NCBI RefSeq assembly: GCF_000002075.1
Contig: NW_004798121.1
Location: forward strand, 229,569 to 293,568
DNA: 64,000 nucleotides
DNA from: Aplysia californica
Lineage: Eukaryota
Direction: 5' to 3'
Part shown: positions 32,524 through 45,000 of the stretch, piece by piece
How the letters are laid out: the number at the start of each line of letters is the position of its first letter
Position numbering within the stretch: position 1 is the stretch's first letter
The notes under the pieces: model-generated
The model's database searches: none
Told to the model about the DNA's origin: nothing
The model's input: the letters and a program-made list of their open reading frames with translations, nothing else
Position numbers and translations under genes: made by a program

Positions 32524-32665
32524 GGTGATAATGTACTCGCATGAATAGATCCAAACACCTAAGTACGCTACCAGTATCCTAAAGCTTGTAACTCTTCTCC
32601 AAAAGCAAACGTCAGAATCCAAAAGCAAATTAGGAACAAAGACATTATATATATATATTATAACA

Positions 32666-33117
32666 AATGTGAGGCATCATGGTAACATCAGGCGCTCATC
32701 AAAATAGTGAAATCGATGAAATCTGCTTTTGCCCATCAACTGGGCTTTAAAAATTTTTCTCTCAACACCAGTTAAGTCCATTTAAAAATACATTTCTGTG
32801 GGGATTTTACTGAAAAATGTAGACTAAAAGCACAAAAAATGAAAATTTACAGTAAAAAATACAGTTTCCAAGGACTCTCAATCTTTCGAAATCAGCAAAC
32901 TTTGGCAGCCGTTTTATCACAAATTTTCCTCTGACAACAAGCGACTCCAACCTCTTTCTATCGCAAATCATCTTCTATTCAAGATAGATGGGTATTTTTT
33001 CTTTTTAAAAAGGGCAAGACAATTAAACAAGCTTTAACATACTTTAAGATTATACCTATAGCCCCCTATACCCGAAAAGCAGACAAGCGCCCGATTCTAC
33101 CGCGTTGCGACACAAAT
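32666..33117. mobile_element. Dispersed repeat of about 450 bp, probably a non-autonomous DNA transposon
   Basis: Aligns with 43847-44287 (AAATGTGAGGC.TCATGGT.A.ATCAGGCG ... GACACAAAT). Weakly inverted ends. Confidence 0.65.
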
Positions 33118-33529
33118 AATGATAATTAATGAACTTCTCACCTTACAGGGATGAGCTCTGCACATTGACCTTTAGGCCTACATTGTACTTGCCACACACA
33201 AAATTGGCATGAACCTTTTTGAAAGCAAAGAGACAGAACAACACATAGCATAACCATGGCGTTACACAGCAGACTTCTACGGTTGAGGTCCATGTATCTG
33301 CCATAAGCTGACAAAATGCTTTTTTAAAAATTCACAGCAGTTACGAGATAAAAAGGCTAATTCATGCACAAAAAAAATCGAAAGGAAAATTCTTGCTACT
33401 ATTGACCCATCCCATACGTCTCGAGTTGACCTCGATAATATTGTGACGTGCTACAGCACAAATCGGATTTCTCCAAAGTGAATGTGCAAATCTAGTTGTC
33501 AAAGTACTTTCAACGATGAAACATCCCGC

Positions 33530-34260
33530 ATTTTCAGACAATTTGAAACAAATCTGCAACGTTTAAGTTTAAAGGCGCATCTCTGCAAAACGTTAGAGTG
33601 GCTGCCAAGCTTGCTGCAGCACAATCACAACTAGGTCAGAAGAGAACTACCAACCCTCGCAGGGGGCGGGGTAGGACCTTCCCCCCTTTCCAATTTGGAA
33701 GAGCAGGGGCACAGAGAAACTGCAACTACTCAGGTCAGGGGGATCCCCAAGCCGGACGATGAATAATAAATACTCAGCCAATCAGGAGGCTGCATTTACA
33801 TTAAAGAACGGCCATTTGTCCATGGGAATCCCCCTAAGGACAGCTGTGTGTATGTTTAATGTTCCAAGGGGCTAGTCTGAGACTGGACAATTGGGTGAAA
33901 AAGAAAATAACCAACAATTTGGAAAATATAAAAACGGATATCTTTAGAAATTCCTTTTACTGATCTACCACAGCCTTTTCATTTGAAAAACCCTGTATTG
34001 AGTACAAAAGAACAAGCCTTCTTTGAAAAGGAAATTAGAGAATTTAGACTGGTGACAGACCTTAGGTATTTAAATAAACACTGTCAACCTCTGTCCTTTG
34101 TGTGTGAGAGCATTGATGACATCATCGAGTGTACCAAACCAGAAGACAATTCTGTTACCTGGGATATTAAGAACAGATTTTGTCACATATTCCTGTGAGA
34201 AAACAAGACACTCAATATTTGTGTTTTCAGTGGAACAATATTTTTTACAAGTGGTTTTAC
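33530..34260 (+). pseudogene. Decayed reverse-transcriptase fragment, DIRS/Ngaro (tyrosine-recombinase retrotransposon)-like
   Basis: FRLVTDLRYLNKHC..SFVCESIDDI..VTWDIKNRFCHI, then TQYLCFQWNNIFYKW after a break. Resembles DIRS-group RT motifs. Confidence 0.6.
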
Positions 34261-34453
34261 AAATTTTTCATTTTATTTCCCTTTGTTATAAATAAAATGT
34301 TAAATAGGACACACCTGAATGACTGAAGTTTGTTTTGATGTGTCGTTCGAGAAGAGCTTGTGCCATGGGTATATTACTTTCAGACCTCTTTTTTTTTTTA
34401 TTCCTGATATTATGACAAGTATTATGTTCGGTATTTCAAACGCTTAACCTAAT

Positions 34454-35131
34454 CGCTATCTCAGAATTACAAAGTGCTATTTGACATTTTTGGTCGTTTT
34501 GAGTCTCTACTAAGACCATAAGGTTAGAATAGAAACCAAATGGTCTATCTCTTCTATCAAAACCATATAAGACTATTAAGTCATTATCAAGATATTCAAA
34601 GAATCGCATTTTTAAAAAAAGCTTGACATAATACAAAACTCAAAATCTTTGACGTAAAATTTCTCGAAACTAGGTACTGTGCAGATAGAACTTTGTAATT
34701 CTGAGGTAGCGTAATGACTCAAAGAAAGGCCCAACTGAGACCACCTGACATCAAATGGTCAGGAATTCTTATTTCACAAATGAATAGGAAAGAAACTATT
34801 ATCCCGTTTACTATACATCTATCCATCAATAAGCAATAATTTGGAAGATTTCATAACAGTTACAGCATCCAGTTATTACTTTGTAGATTTTGCAGTCAGA
34901 TAAATCGCTACCTCAGAATTACAAAGTTCTGACATTTTTTGACATTTTGAGTTTTAATTTTAAGACCATGAGGTCAGAAACCAAATGTTTTATCTGCTCT
35001 ATCAAAATCATTTGGAGTTGTCATCAAGATATTCAAAGAATTGCAGTGAAAAAAGCTTGACATGTTATGAAACTCAGAATTTTTAAAGTCAAATTTCTCA
35101 AGTACTGAGCATTGTCATTTTCTGAGGTAGC
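34454..35131. mobile_element. Two copies of a MITE of about 230-260 bp (34454-34711, 34906-35131)
   Basis: TIR CGCTA(T/C)CTCAGAATTACAAAGT / ACTTTGTAATTCTGAGGTAGCG. The interiors align. Confidence 0.75.
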
Positions 35132-35699
35132 AAAATGCTACATTTCACCAGAGTGTGTGTGAGTACTGACAAGCACATTGGCACTATATAGGTCATCTTG
35201 TGCAGGGAAAAAGCAAAACATACATATATAATATAGACAAAAACGACTGAGGGGAAAAAAAAAGAATTACTAGGACCTACCGGTGGTGCCCTTCGACCAC
35301 CCGCTTTTGGTCTTGTCAAAAGAAGTTAGCCTCCAGTGAGTAGGCTAACTAGTGCACCCATCAATAAGCCCCAACTTGCTATTATTGTGTTGTAATAGAA
35401 GAATGTGAACACAAGGGTTTGCTGTACAGAGGAAGATCAACTCAAGCATGAAAGAATAATAAATAACAATGACAACTGCACGGTGCACAAGAAAACTCTT
35501 GAGCTAACAGAAACAAGGGACTTACCAGTACCAGATCATAACTTTAGCCATCAGCTCATTTAAGTGAATGAAGCTGGGATGCAATTTACCGGACATCAGA
35601 ACAAAATTGGCCACATTTTCGTAGGAAGGGATTATAACAGTGATAAAAAGTAACATGACAGACAAGAAGTAGAAGCAGAAGACCATATCAGATTGTCTG

Positions 35700-35913
35700 G
35701 TGTGAGTAAGAGTTTTACTGCACTTGCAACGCAAATCTAAGGTCAGCACCTGCAACGTAAATAGGTCATATATACCTATACGTATTTAGTGCCGAAGATT
35801 AAAGGTGTTACAAGAGAAAAACATGCAAAGAAAAGAGGGAGAAGAGATAAGGATAACAGGTGCTTGTTGATAGGAAAGTAGGAGCAAATCATAGCAGAGC
35901 ACCAGCCAACCAC
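35700..35913 (-). mobile_element. Headless short retroposon family C
   Basis: Reverse-complement match (GTGCCGAAGATTA..GGAGCAAA..CAGAGCACCAGCCAACCAC). Confidence 0.7.
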
Positions 35914-37432
35914 AAGCATGTCAAGGAAGAAAAAAGGGGGAGACCATTTAAGACTGAACAGCCTCTTCCACTACACGTGGCATGAAGCATAATTTTGCCA
36001 GAATCATCATCTCAAGCCTCCCACTGTTGTACTATTTCGCAAATGTCAGGAGCCACTAAACTTTTTTTTTCAAAGTGGGCCGAATAAAAATGAAAATGCC
36101 AAGAGTGGGTCCAATTATAACTGATAGAATGCTAAGTGTGGGCTCAATAAATATTTTGAATACAATACACAGAATACCTGTCTAATGAAAGATTTGTCAT
36201 AAGTTGATTAAAGAGTGCCACTTTAGTTACAAGTCATGAGGTCAAGAAAAGCAAGTTTAATTTGCACTGAGGAGTTCAATGAAATGATTATGGGGACCAA
36301 ATCCCGAGCATGCTAGAGCTATTATATGTATTATAATGACTGAGATAAATTTCTCCCTGCGAGATTAATGAAAAAAAATTGTCATCATACATTATATCTT
36401 CCAAGTTTCTTTGTTGCTGTTTTTTTTTTTTTGCCATAGATTGGTGACCCCTGCATTAGGTCATGCAACTGAAGGTCAAGGAAGTAGAGATAAGAACAAG
36501 AGTAATACTAAAAGACAAAGCCACAACATTTTCATCATCTTTAAATATTGTAAATAATTTAATTTTAAAAGTTTTACATGACACTTTGATTGAGGACTCT
36601 ACGCCATTCATGGGAGAGAGAGCGAGCTTTCCCCTCATTTTCTCATTTCCCGAGGCCCAACAAGCAAAATCGTTTTTGTCAACATAGCAGAAAGCCAAAT
36701 CAATTTGGCCTACATCACATGCAACAGAAGAAAATATATCGATTATTATTACGTATACACAACAGACCAACAGCTGAAAAACGTTCTGCTAATCAGTACA
36801 TTGTTCATTTTTATTTTTACCATAAACAAAGGCAGATCATTACACAATTCTGCTAGTGAGTGCACCATTCATTTTTACCGTAAACAACGGCGGATCATTA
36901 CACATCAAAGGCTGAATCTAGAGATGACACTTCCAGGTTTTCCAAGTAGGTTCATTTGATTTTTTTCATGCAAATCGACAGACACGTTACTCTTCATAAT
37001 GCCCATTCCCCCATTCCCAAACCAAAAACAAGCAGACAGAATGAGGAAAGAAACCTATCACACAATCTCACTGACCACAGGCTAGTGAATCTCACACCAA
37101 GGTCAAAGAGCGATGAAGCTCCCATTCCTCAGCATTATTTATATATATACACACTTCCAAAGCAGCCATATCTTATAGTACATGTTGATCCACCAATTCA
37201 GAAATATACTAAGCACTTTGAATGACAAGATTCAAGCACTATGCAGTGCACTTTTGAGTTCCAATAAATAAAGGACTGAAATCTAAGCTTTTATAACTGT
37301 TATAATAAAGGAAACACTTTGCCCTTCTCAGTAAGGCCAAAAACAAAGCATAGACCTGGCTCAATACTGCTCAAGACATCAACAAGTTAAAACAGTATAA
37401 CACTGAGCTCGAAAGATGCACCTTGGAACTTG

Positions 37433-37745
37433 GTGGCTTTGGTAGTCAAGTGGTTAGGCTAGCGGACTCGAAATCATAGGGTTCAGGGGTTCGAGCCTCA
37501 GGCCTGATGTCATGTCCTTGGGAAAGGCATTTTACATAAGTACCCAGCTCTAGACAGTGAAAGATCTAGTCAGTGTGTTGGTGTTTTAGTGCCTATAAAA
37601 TGGCAGCTTGCACTGTATGCTTCCCAGAAAGTTGAGATTGTTTTAGAATGCTAACAAGTGTGCTGGGGTAATAATACATAGATTGTAAAGCACATAGAGC
37701 TAGCTGTTGAGCCTGAATTTGCACTATACAAATGCTATAATTATT
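37433..37745 (+). mobile_element. tRNA-headed SINE family A (internal deletion)
   Basis: Head, GTCCTTGGGAAAGGCA, body and TTGTAAAGCACATAGAGC tail match the other copies. Confidence 0.8.
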
Positions 37746-38807
37746 TTCAAGTCTTCTTTAAACATCCACGGACTCAAAGAGGAAAACATTGATTTGACTA
37801 TTTCATACATGAGACATAACATCACAGAAAAAATGAATAGTTCAAAGAAAATCTCTTGCACAAGCTTTTTCAACTCAGTCCAACTATATTTTCTTTATTT
37901 ATGAATTCATTCCTGTACACTGTAATTTTGGACCTGTCAGGACTCCCCATGTTTCACAAAACGCTCGAAAAGAAATAGACAAACTCAGTTTGAAACTTAT
38001 CAAATTACAAGAACGAAATAGCATTTTTGTCAGTGGAGAGGTGCACTAGTCATTTATCATTCTTTTCAATCAATTTAACTCTCAATGTCCTCCATAAAGG
38101 GTATGTCAACAACTATAAAAATAATCAAATAAGCCTACAAAATGTTTGACCCTCCAAGTGTCGACGGATAATTAAATTGACCTACTAAAGCTTCACTCTG
38201 CGGTGTTGCTGCCGATTAAATCTGCCGTAATTTCCAATTTGTTTATCACCTTTTTTATATTATTAAACATTTCAACTCCTTCACGAATGATCTGTATTTT
38301 TAATTTACATTCTTCTTTCTAAATATGAAAAGGTTAACACCTTTGCTTGCTTCATTTGCCTGTTCTCAAGTATTTTTCTCACATATTAAGGTGAAATCAT
38401 AGAATTTCCCCTGGCACCACAAGCTATTTATTAGAGCCACTTAGAAGGGTTAAATCAAGAGCCAACAGCAACATCCACCGAACAGACACTACACCTACTG
38501 AGCAATTCATCAAACTTAAACACCAAAGTCTTTACAACACTGCACCTCACAGTACTATTTGTACAAAGGAGGGGGGGGGGGGAGTGGTGGTGGGTAAATT
38601 AAAAATTTATCTGACAAACCAAGGAGATTATTACAACCAGGCAGGTTTATAACCGAGATCCAGAAGTAGAAAACAGTGTACAACTCAGTTCTGCAACAAC
38701 ATAAGAGATCAGAATCTTGTCATTCTGAGGGCAACATGTGTCACTAACACACTTTTAGGACAATCATTCCAGAATTAGAGCACCATTCTGAGGACATGAC
38801 ATTACTT

Positions 38808-38925
38808 AAACGCACCACTCCACAGTCAGCCGCAGCATTCTGAAGACATGCATGGCGTAACTAAAACGCACCACTTCACAGTCAGCCGCAGCATTCTGAA
38901 GACACACAACTAAAACGCAACCATT
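38808..38925. repeat. Tandem repeat of about 50-55 bp in the LRWD1-like 3' UTR
   Basis: AAACGCACCACT.CACAGTCAGCCGCAGCATTCTGAAGACA twice plus a partial copy. A related copy abuts the stop codon at 39041-39075. Confidence 0.75.
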
Positions 38926-39072
38926 CTTCAGTGAGCAAAACATTCCCAGGGCATGATATAACTTACTACCACACCACACTACTAAGACAACTGTTCCACT
39001 TTCAGTTTCAGCACAGAATTCTGAAAACACGATGAGACTAAAAACGCATCCATTCCACAGCCAGCCCAGCGC

Positions 39073-42000
39073 TCAGTCCCCGTCTTTGCTACTGGCCGCT
39101 TTCTCCTCCTCGTCCTCTCTCTTCCAGATGCAGACTAAGTTGTTGTCCGTGCCACCTGTGACAAACTCGTGGGAGCTGGAGATGGCCACCGTGTTCACCA
39201 CCAGTTCCTGAGGGCCAAAGGAAAGAGAGAGCTACAGTGCGTAGTAAGACGGGTCACCAAGCCCTTAAAAATGAAGAATTGCCAACAAACCCATGACCAA
39301 AATCCAAAATAGAAGCTTTCTTCCGATTCTTCTCTAAAAATCAGAGTGGGGGGGGTGTCGGAGCCTGCAGAACCCCTGTTAAGATTCCGCTACGAGCCAA
39401 AAATGGCAAATAAATAAATGTGTATTTCAAATACACACGAATTAGTATTTTTACTTTATTTACAACACATTGTCAAATTATTGCATATAAATCTGTGTAT
39501 TTTCACATCCTTTAGAATAAGATGTGAACAAACCGATGGAAACAATTTAAGAGGTAAATTGGATTGTATGCAAATCCAATCAGAATTCTTAGACGAAAAA
39601 AAAAATAATCAGAGGACTCAGATGTTACCGAAACACTTGATAGATCTGTGAAAGTACATTTATATATCTAAACCATTAATGATTGATTTATAAAGGCACC
39701 AGCCACCCATGTCTTGGTGCTGTTTTAGCCTTCAGATTGCAAAGACGGAGGCAAACCAACCAGCAACACTTTCCCAGCAAACACCGAGAATGAACATGAT
39801 GCCTGACCAAAAGAACACGTGAAATGCGGAAGGAGTGTTCTACCGTTAACATTAAAGAGATACACCATCACACAATGTTGGTTGGTTAAAATGAGCTAAA
39901 GGGTTGCTAGAAATCACTAAATATCAAACATGAACATATTGCAAAACTAGAACATTTGTTGCATTGGATATATTTTTTTTAAAACATGATTTAACAAAAT
40001 ATATGTTGAAAACACTCACTGTTTTGGGCACAATATCCTGATTGTTGGTTATGTTGGGCCACTCCAGAATCTGTGGACAGATCACGGAAATAGTTTCATT
40101 ATCATAACAATACAGTTATGCCTGCATAGCTTTCATTTTTCATTTTAGTTGGTAACAGTTTTACGTCACTTGCAACACAATAAGGTGTTGAAGATTAGAG
40201 GTGTAAATTACAAGAGGGTAGCAATCACAACAAAAAAACGGATAAGGACTATAGATTTTTTATGGACAAGAAGGAGCAAACCATATCAGAGCACTTGCCA
40301 TCCACCTACTAAATTGGTCACTGCTGCTGAAGATTAGAGCCAAGATCATAGCAGAGAGCAACAGACGAAGAGAAGAATTTTGTTTGTTTTAGTAAGGTTT
40401 TAAGGCACTCGCAACTGCATATGGTCATATGAGCGCCAAGGGTGGATGTCAGCAGAGAAATCTATAGACGGGGAATCAGGCTTACTCAGCTCACCTCTCT
40501 AGACTCAACAGCACAAAGTCTGCTTCAACTATCAAGGCACCCCGGAAATAGCAGTTCACAAGAGAGTGACAAACATACAAAAGAAATAGAGGAAAAAGGA
40601 CGATAGTAAGGATGAGGAAAGAAAAAGCTGCAGTTCCCTTATGTTGTTCCGGCACAGTACGATCATGACGTTGATAAATCAGCCCATTTACAATTCTACT
40701 GGTCATTAGAACATGTGTTAATATCACCCCTTTGGGAATGGCCTAAAGAAGAAAATTGAGGAAAGTTATGGGTGAAAGATGTTAGGAGAGAAAGAGCAAG
40801 CCACACTAGAGCACCTGCCTATCACCCACTGCTTACAAAACAAAGTTTCAAGAACAGAGTGATTGCATAATTGCCTTTACCAGAAGTAAAAGAAGATAGA
40901 AACCAACAATATATTTTAAAAAACAAGACAGAAAGAGAGACAGATTCCACCATCAACAATTAAGACTGAACCCATGCACAATGAAGCACCGGAGTCGGTG
41001 GTCTAACGTTTCGGTCCTCCACCATCGTACGACGAAGACCTGAGTTCAATTCCTGTGTGGAGAGAATTTCTATAGAGTGCTGGATTTTTTCTACTGGGAT
41101 GTTGTATGCTTTATTAAAAGCAGTGACCATTGGCACATATAGTTGTAGTACATGTAAGAGTTTTACAACACTAGCAACACAATAAGGTCACATAAGTGCC
41201 GAAGATTAGAGGTGTTACAAGAGTAACAAACACAAAAAAGAAGAAGGGGAGATAAAGACGATAGGTGTTTGATTGAAAAGAAGAAGCAAGCCACACAAAA
41301 GCACCCGCCAACCACCCACAAATTTGTTATCACTTACAAATGAAACAGTACTATATAACTCGTAATTGGGAAAGGGGAGACAGAGTGTTGGTGTGGACGA
41401 GCGACGAAAAAGGAAAAAAAAAATGAATGCTTACCAAAGATGCTTCCCAGATATTTTCCTCATCTTCATTTTGTTGTTTTTTGGAAAGAACTGTTTCAAT
41501 GTTGTACAACAACAAATTTCCCTGATCATCCCCAACGCCCAGCAGACCTGAGAACAAAAAAATAAGGCAAATCATCATCCTCATCATTGCCATTTTTACC
41601 CTGGATAGGTTCCACATAGCCTTCCCCTTGATCTTTAACACTGTAGAATCCAGTCCAATACTTTCTGGCATCCCGATGTATGCCCATCGCAAAAGGCAAA
41701 AATATTCATGCATAACAAAAACAGTACTTTTGGTTTGTTCTTCTTCTTTAAGCACATCCTTCTTTAACAAACCACACACATACGACACACACACAACCAT
41801 GCAAGCACAAACACGCACGCACGCATATACGCATTCATGTATTCCCTTGAGAACACGCGCGCACACACAAACACACACACACACACACAAACAAAAACTC
41901 AAGGCATTGCAGTAAGTCAAAATTGTCAAAAAATAAAAATCAGGTATCTTGTAAAATTTGACGAGGCACATCCACCGGTCCTAGCCTCATTACCCTTAAA

Positions 42001-45000
42001 AAAATAGTAACAGATTTAGACAAATTCAACATTTTGTCGTAAAATAATGTCCTGCTTGAAATAAAACTTTTTTTTCACTTCTCCGGAAACGTCACATTTT
42101 GACATACACTGCATAGGATGAATGATGGCGGCGATAATATACACTGACCGTTGCTAAATCCGAGATTGAGGTATTTGACATTGTGTTGTGGGTACTTGAG
42201 TTTGATGATTGGTTCGATAGCAACGTCTTTGCAGTTGTTGACAGCCACCGTGTTCATATGCTTGGCCAGGTCCCAGATCAAAATCTCACCAGATCCCACT
42301 TGTTTTGTTGCTGAAATAAGAGACAACAAACTCTTTAAAAAGAAGCTCCACACTGAAACTTTTTTGTTAAAAGTACTTTTCTGTTCAGGCCAAAGGGCTA
42401 AAACTCTGATGGCCACAGGATCGGAAAAGTACAGTTAAGTACTTTATTATCCGAAAAAACAAAATGTAAAGGAACAGACTGTAAAAGAAATTATTGTGAA
42501 GTCGTATGAGATATCCATAACAAGGGATACAAAATCAAAATACCACTACCGTGTACTCAACACGATGCTGACAGTAACAAGGCTCACCTATCAGATCACC
42601 AGGAAGCTTCATCAATCCATCTACTGTTGTTGTCTTGGATTTCGGATGTTGAAAAACAACATCTGGTCTCCTGTCGAAAACATACAGAAAAACATCATTT
42701 TCAAAAAATCAATAATAATAATAATTCTTGCCAAAGAATTGAACAACTGAATTCTATTTTCATCCATTTGTTGTTAATTTTCAGTACAAAGTGCCACATC
42801 ATAGGTGAATCTCAGGTCTTTCAAGTGTCCTCCATCTACTGAAATTCCTTTACTGAGCAATGGCTTCTTGGATATATCTTCGATTGCTGCTGCGACTAGT
42901 TAGGGTGAGATGGGGTCTCCTTGCCTCATTACCTTTTCTATGGCAAACTTTTCTCACTGACACGTGGTATTGAAGATGGATTCTAGCTGACACTTCTGGA
43001 TAAATCTTATCAATAATTGGATGTATGTCTTGTTCATGCTCATTTTCCTGAGAGCTTCAAAGTTCGATGGACGCAAGGCGTTTTCGTAATATAAAAACCT
43101 TTGTAACATCTACAGCCAATGTAAACGACCAAGTCAAATTTCTCCCTGCGAGATGAATAAAGAATGTAATTGTCATAGTTAAAAACAACTCGGAGCTGTA
43201 GATTTTATTTGTGGCATTTTACTGTTACTTAATTCAATGATTGTAGATGGTCACTCGTTGAGTATCAGGTACATCCAAAATTATGATATCAGATTGTAGA
43301 ACAACAACAAAAATTACATGAAGTGGGACTGGTTTGAGTGTAGTTTCTGTGATAAACCGCTCATATTCCAGACATCCAAATCTAGGACAGTCCCAGGAAA
43401 TACGAGACAGTTGACAAACCTATGCTGTAATCTATGCCTTTTCAGTTTTAGTAAAAAAGTTACCACATTTGCAACATAATAAGATAATAATAAGTGCCAA
43501 AGATTAGAAGCCCTACAAGAGAGAAACAACAAAAAAAAGGAGGAGAGAAAAGGCCAATAAGAGTTTGATAGGACAGAAGGAGCAAAACCACACCAGAGCA
43601 CCAACCAACCGTACACATTTAGGCCTTGAAAGGTCAAAGGAACTCACTCTATGACCCTGGCACGTCTGACGGGCGACAAAGCCGAAGCATCCGACACGAT
43701 CCATCCCACACAGCCCCTCTCTGCGCCGGCTATGAGCAAGCACGTGTTTTCACAAAACTCCAAATTCAGAGCATCACCCACTGTGTCTTGGAGAGAGATT
43801 TTCAGTAGCGGCCTGAAGAACATACTTTAGTAAACTATACAAAACCAAATGTGAGGCGTCATGGTGAAATCAGGCGATCGTCAAAATTATGAAATAATAA
43901 ATGCAGACATTTTTCTGCCAGTCTGGCAATTTTTGGGGAATTTTTGTCTTTTGGCTCAACACTTTTTATGTCCATATAAAAACAAGTTTACATGTAAATT
44001 TTACTGAAAAACACATTAAAGGCACAAAATATGTAATTTTTCAGATTTCAAGGACTCTCAAGTTATTGAAGTTATCAGACTTTGGTAGCTATTTTCTCAC
44101 TAATTTTTTCAATGAAACCAGGTTACCCCACCTTCTTCAATAACAAAAATCTCTACTTCTAGTCAAGATAAAAGAACATTTTTTTCCAAAAAAAGCAAGG
44201 CCAATGAATAAGCTTTCAGATGATACCAATAACTCCACAGCCCCAAAAATTGACAAGCGCCTGATTCCACAGCATCGTGACACAAATAGTCAAACCTGCT
44301 AGAACAGCCACCTGGTTAAGACATAAACTCCTGAACAATAGACCAGTTCCCACTTCCCCCCTCCCTTGTGTTTTTTCCTGTGTCATAATGACACTGTTCA
44401 AGACATCCACCTCTCTATGACAACCACCTTTTTGCTCGACAATGGGTGCTGTCTTGGACAATTTTGACTGTACATGCATGCACCTGCTTTCAAACTATTT
44501 TGTACAGAGATCGTAAGTGGACACAAAATGACAATATCATAGAAGCAAGATTGAAATGATTTGAAATCACTATGGATCAAAAAGCATTTTTTTAAATAAG
44601 GTAAATTACGTTATTTATTATCTTACCCCCTTCACTTCTCTGACTTATATGTAACAAAAGAAATTGGGGGGGGGGGGGGGGGGGGGATCAAATTCAAATT
44701 TAATTTTTGAGTCTTAGAAGAAGAAAAAAGCTAAATACTGACATATAAAAGACTTTTGAGAGAACTCAAGAACAACTCACGAGTAATTGCTGCTGGGAGA
44801 GTTATCTGGGATCCCAATGTCCCACAGATACACAAAACCATCGCGAGACCCACCTGGAAGACAGACATGATTGTAGGAGGTCAGGATTCCATTTTGAACA
44901 TTCTGTTCTTCCCTAGACTACAACAAATAAACTGACTATTAAAAAAAAACAATACAAGAACTCAGTAGCTATTACAATTTGTGCATTACACAGCAAGACT

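Noticed and set aside
36456-36770. ORFs with a possible LINE RT resemblance
   Set aside because: No convincing conserved motif; cannot be supported by eye.
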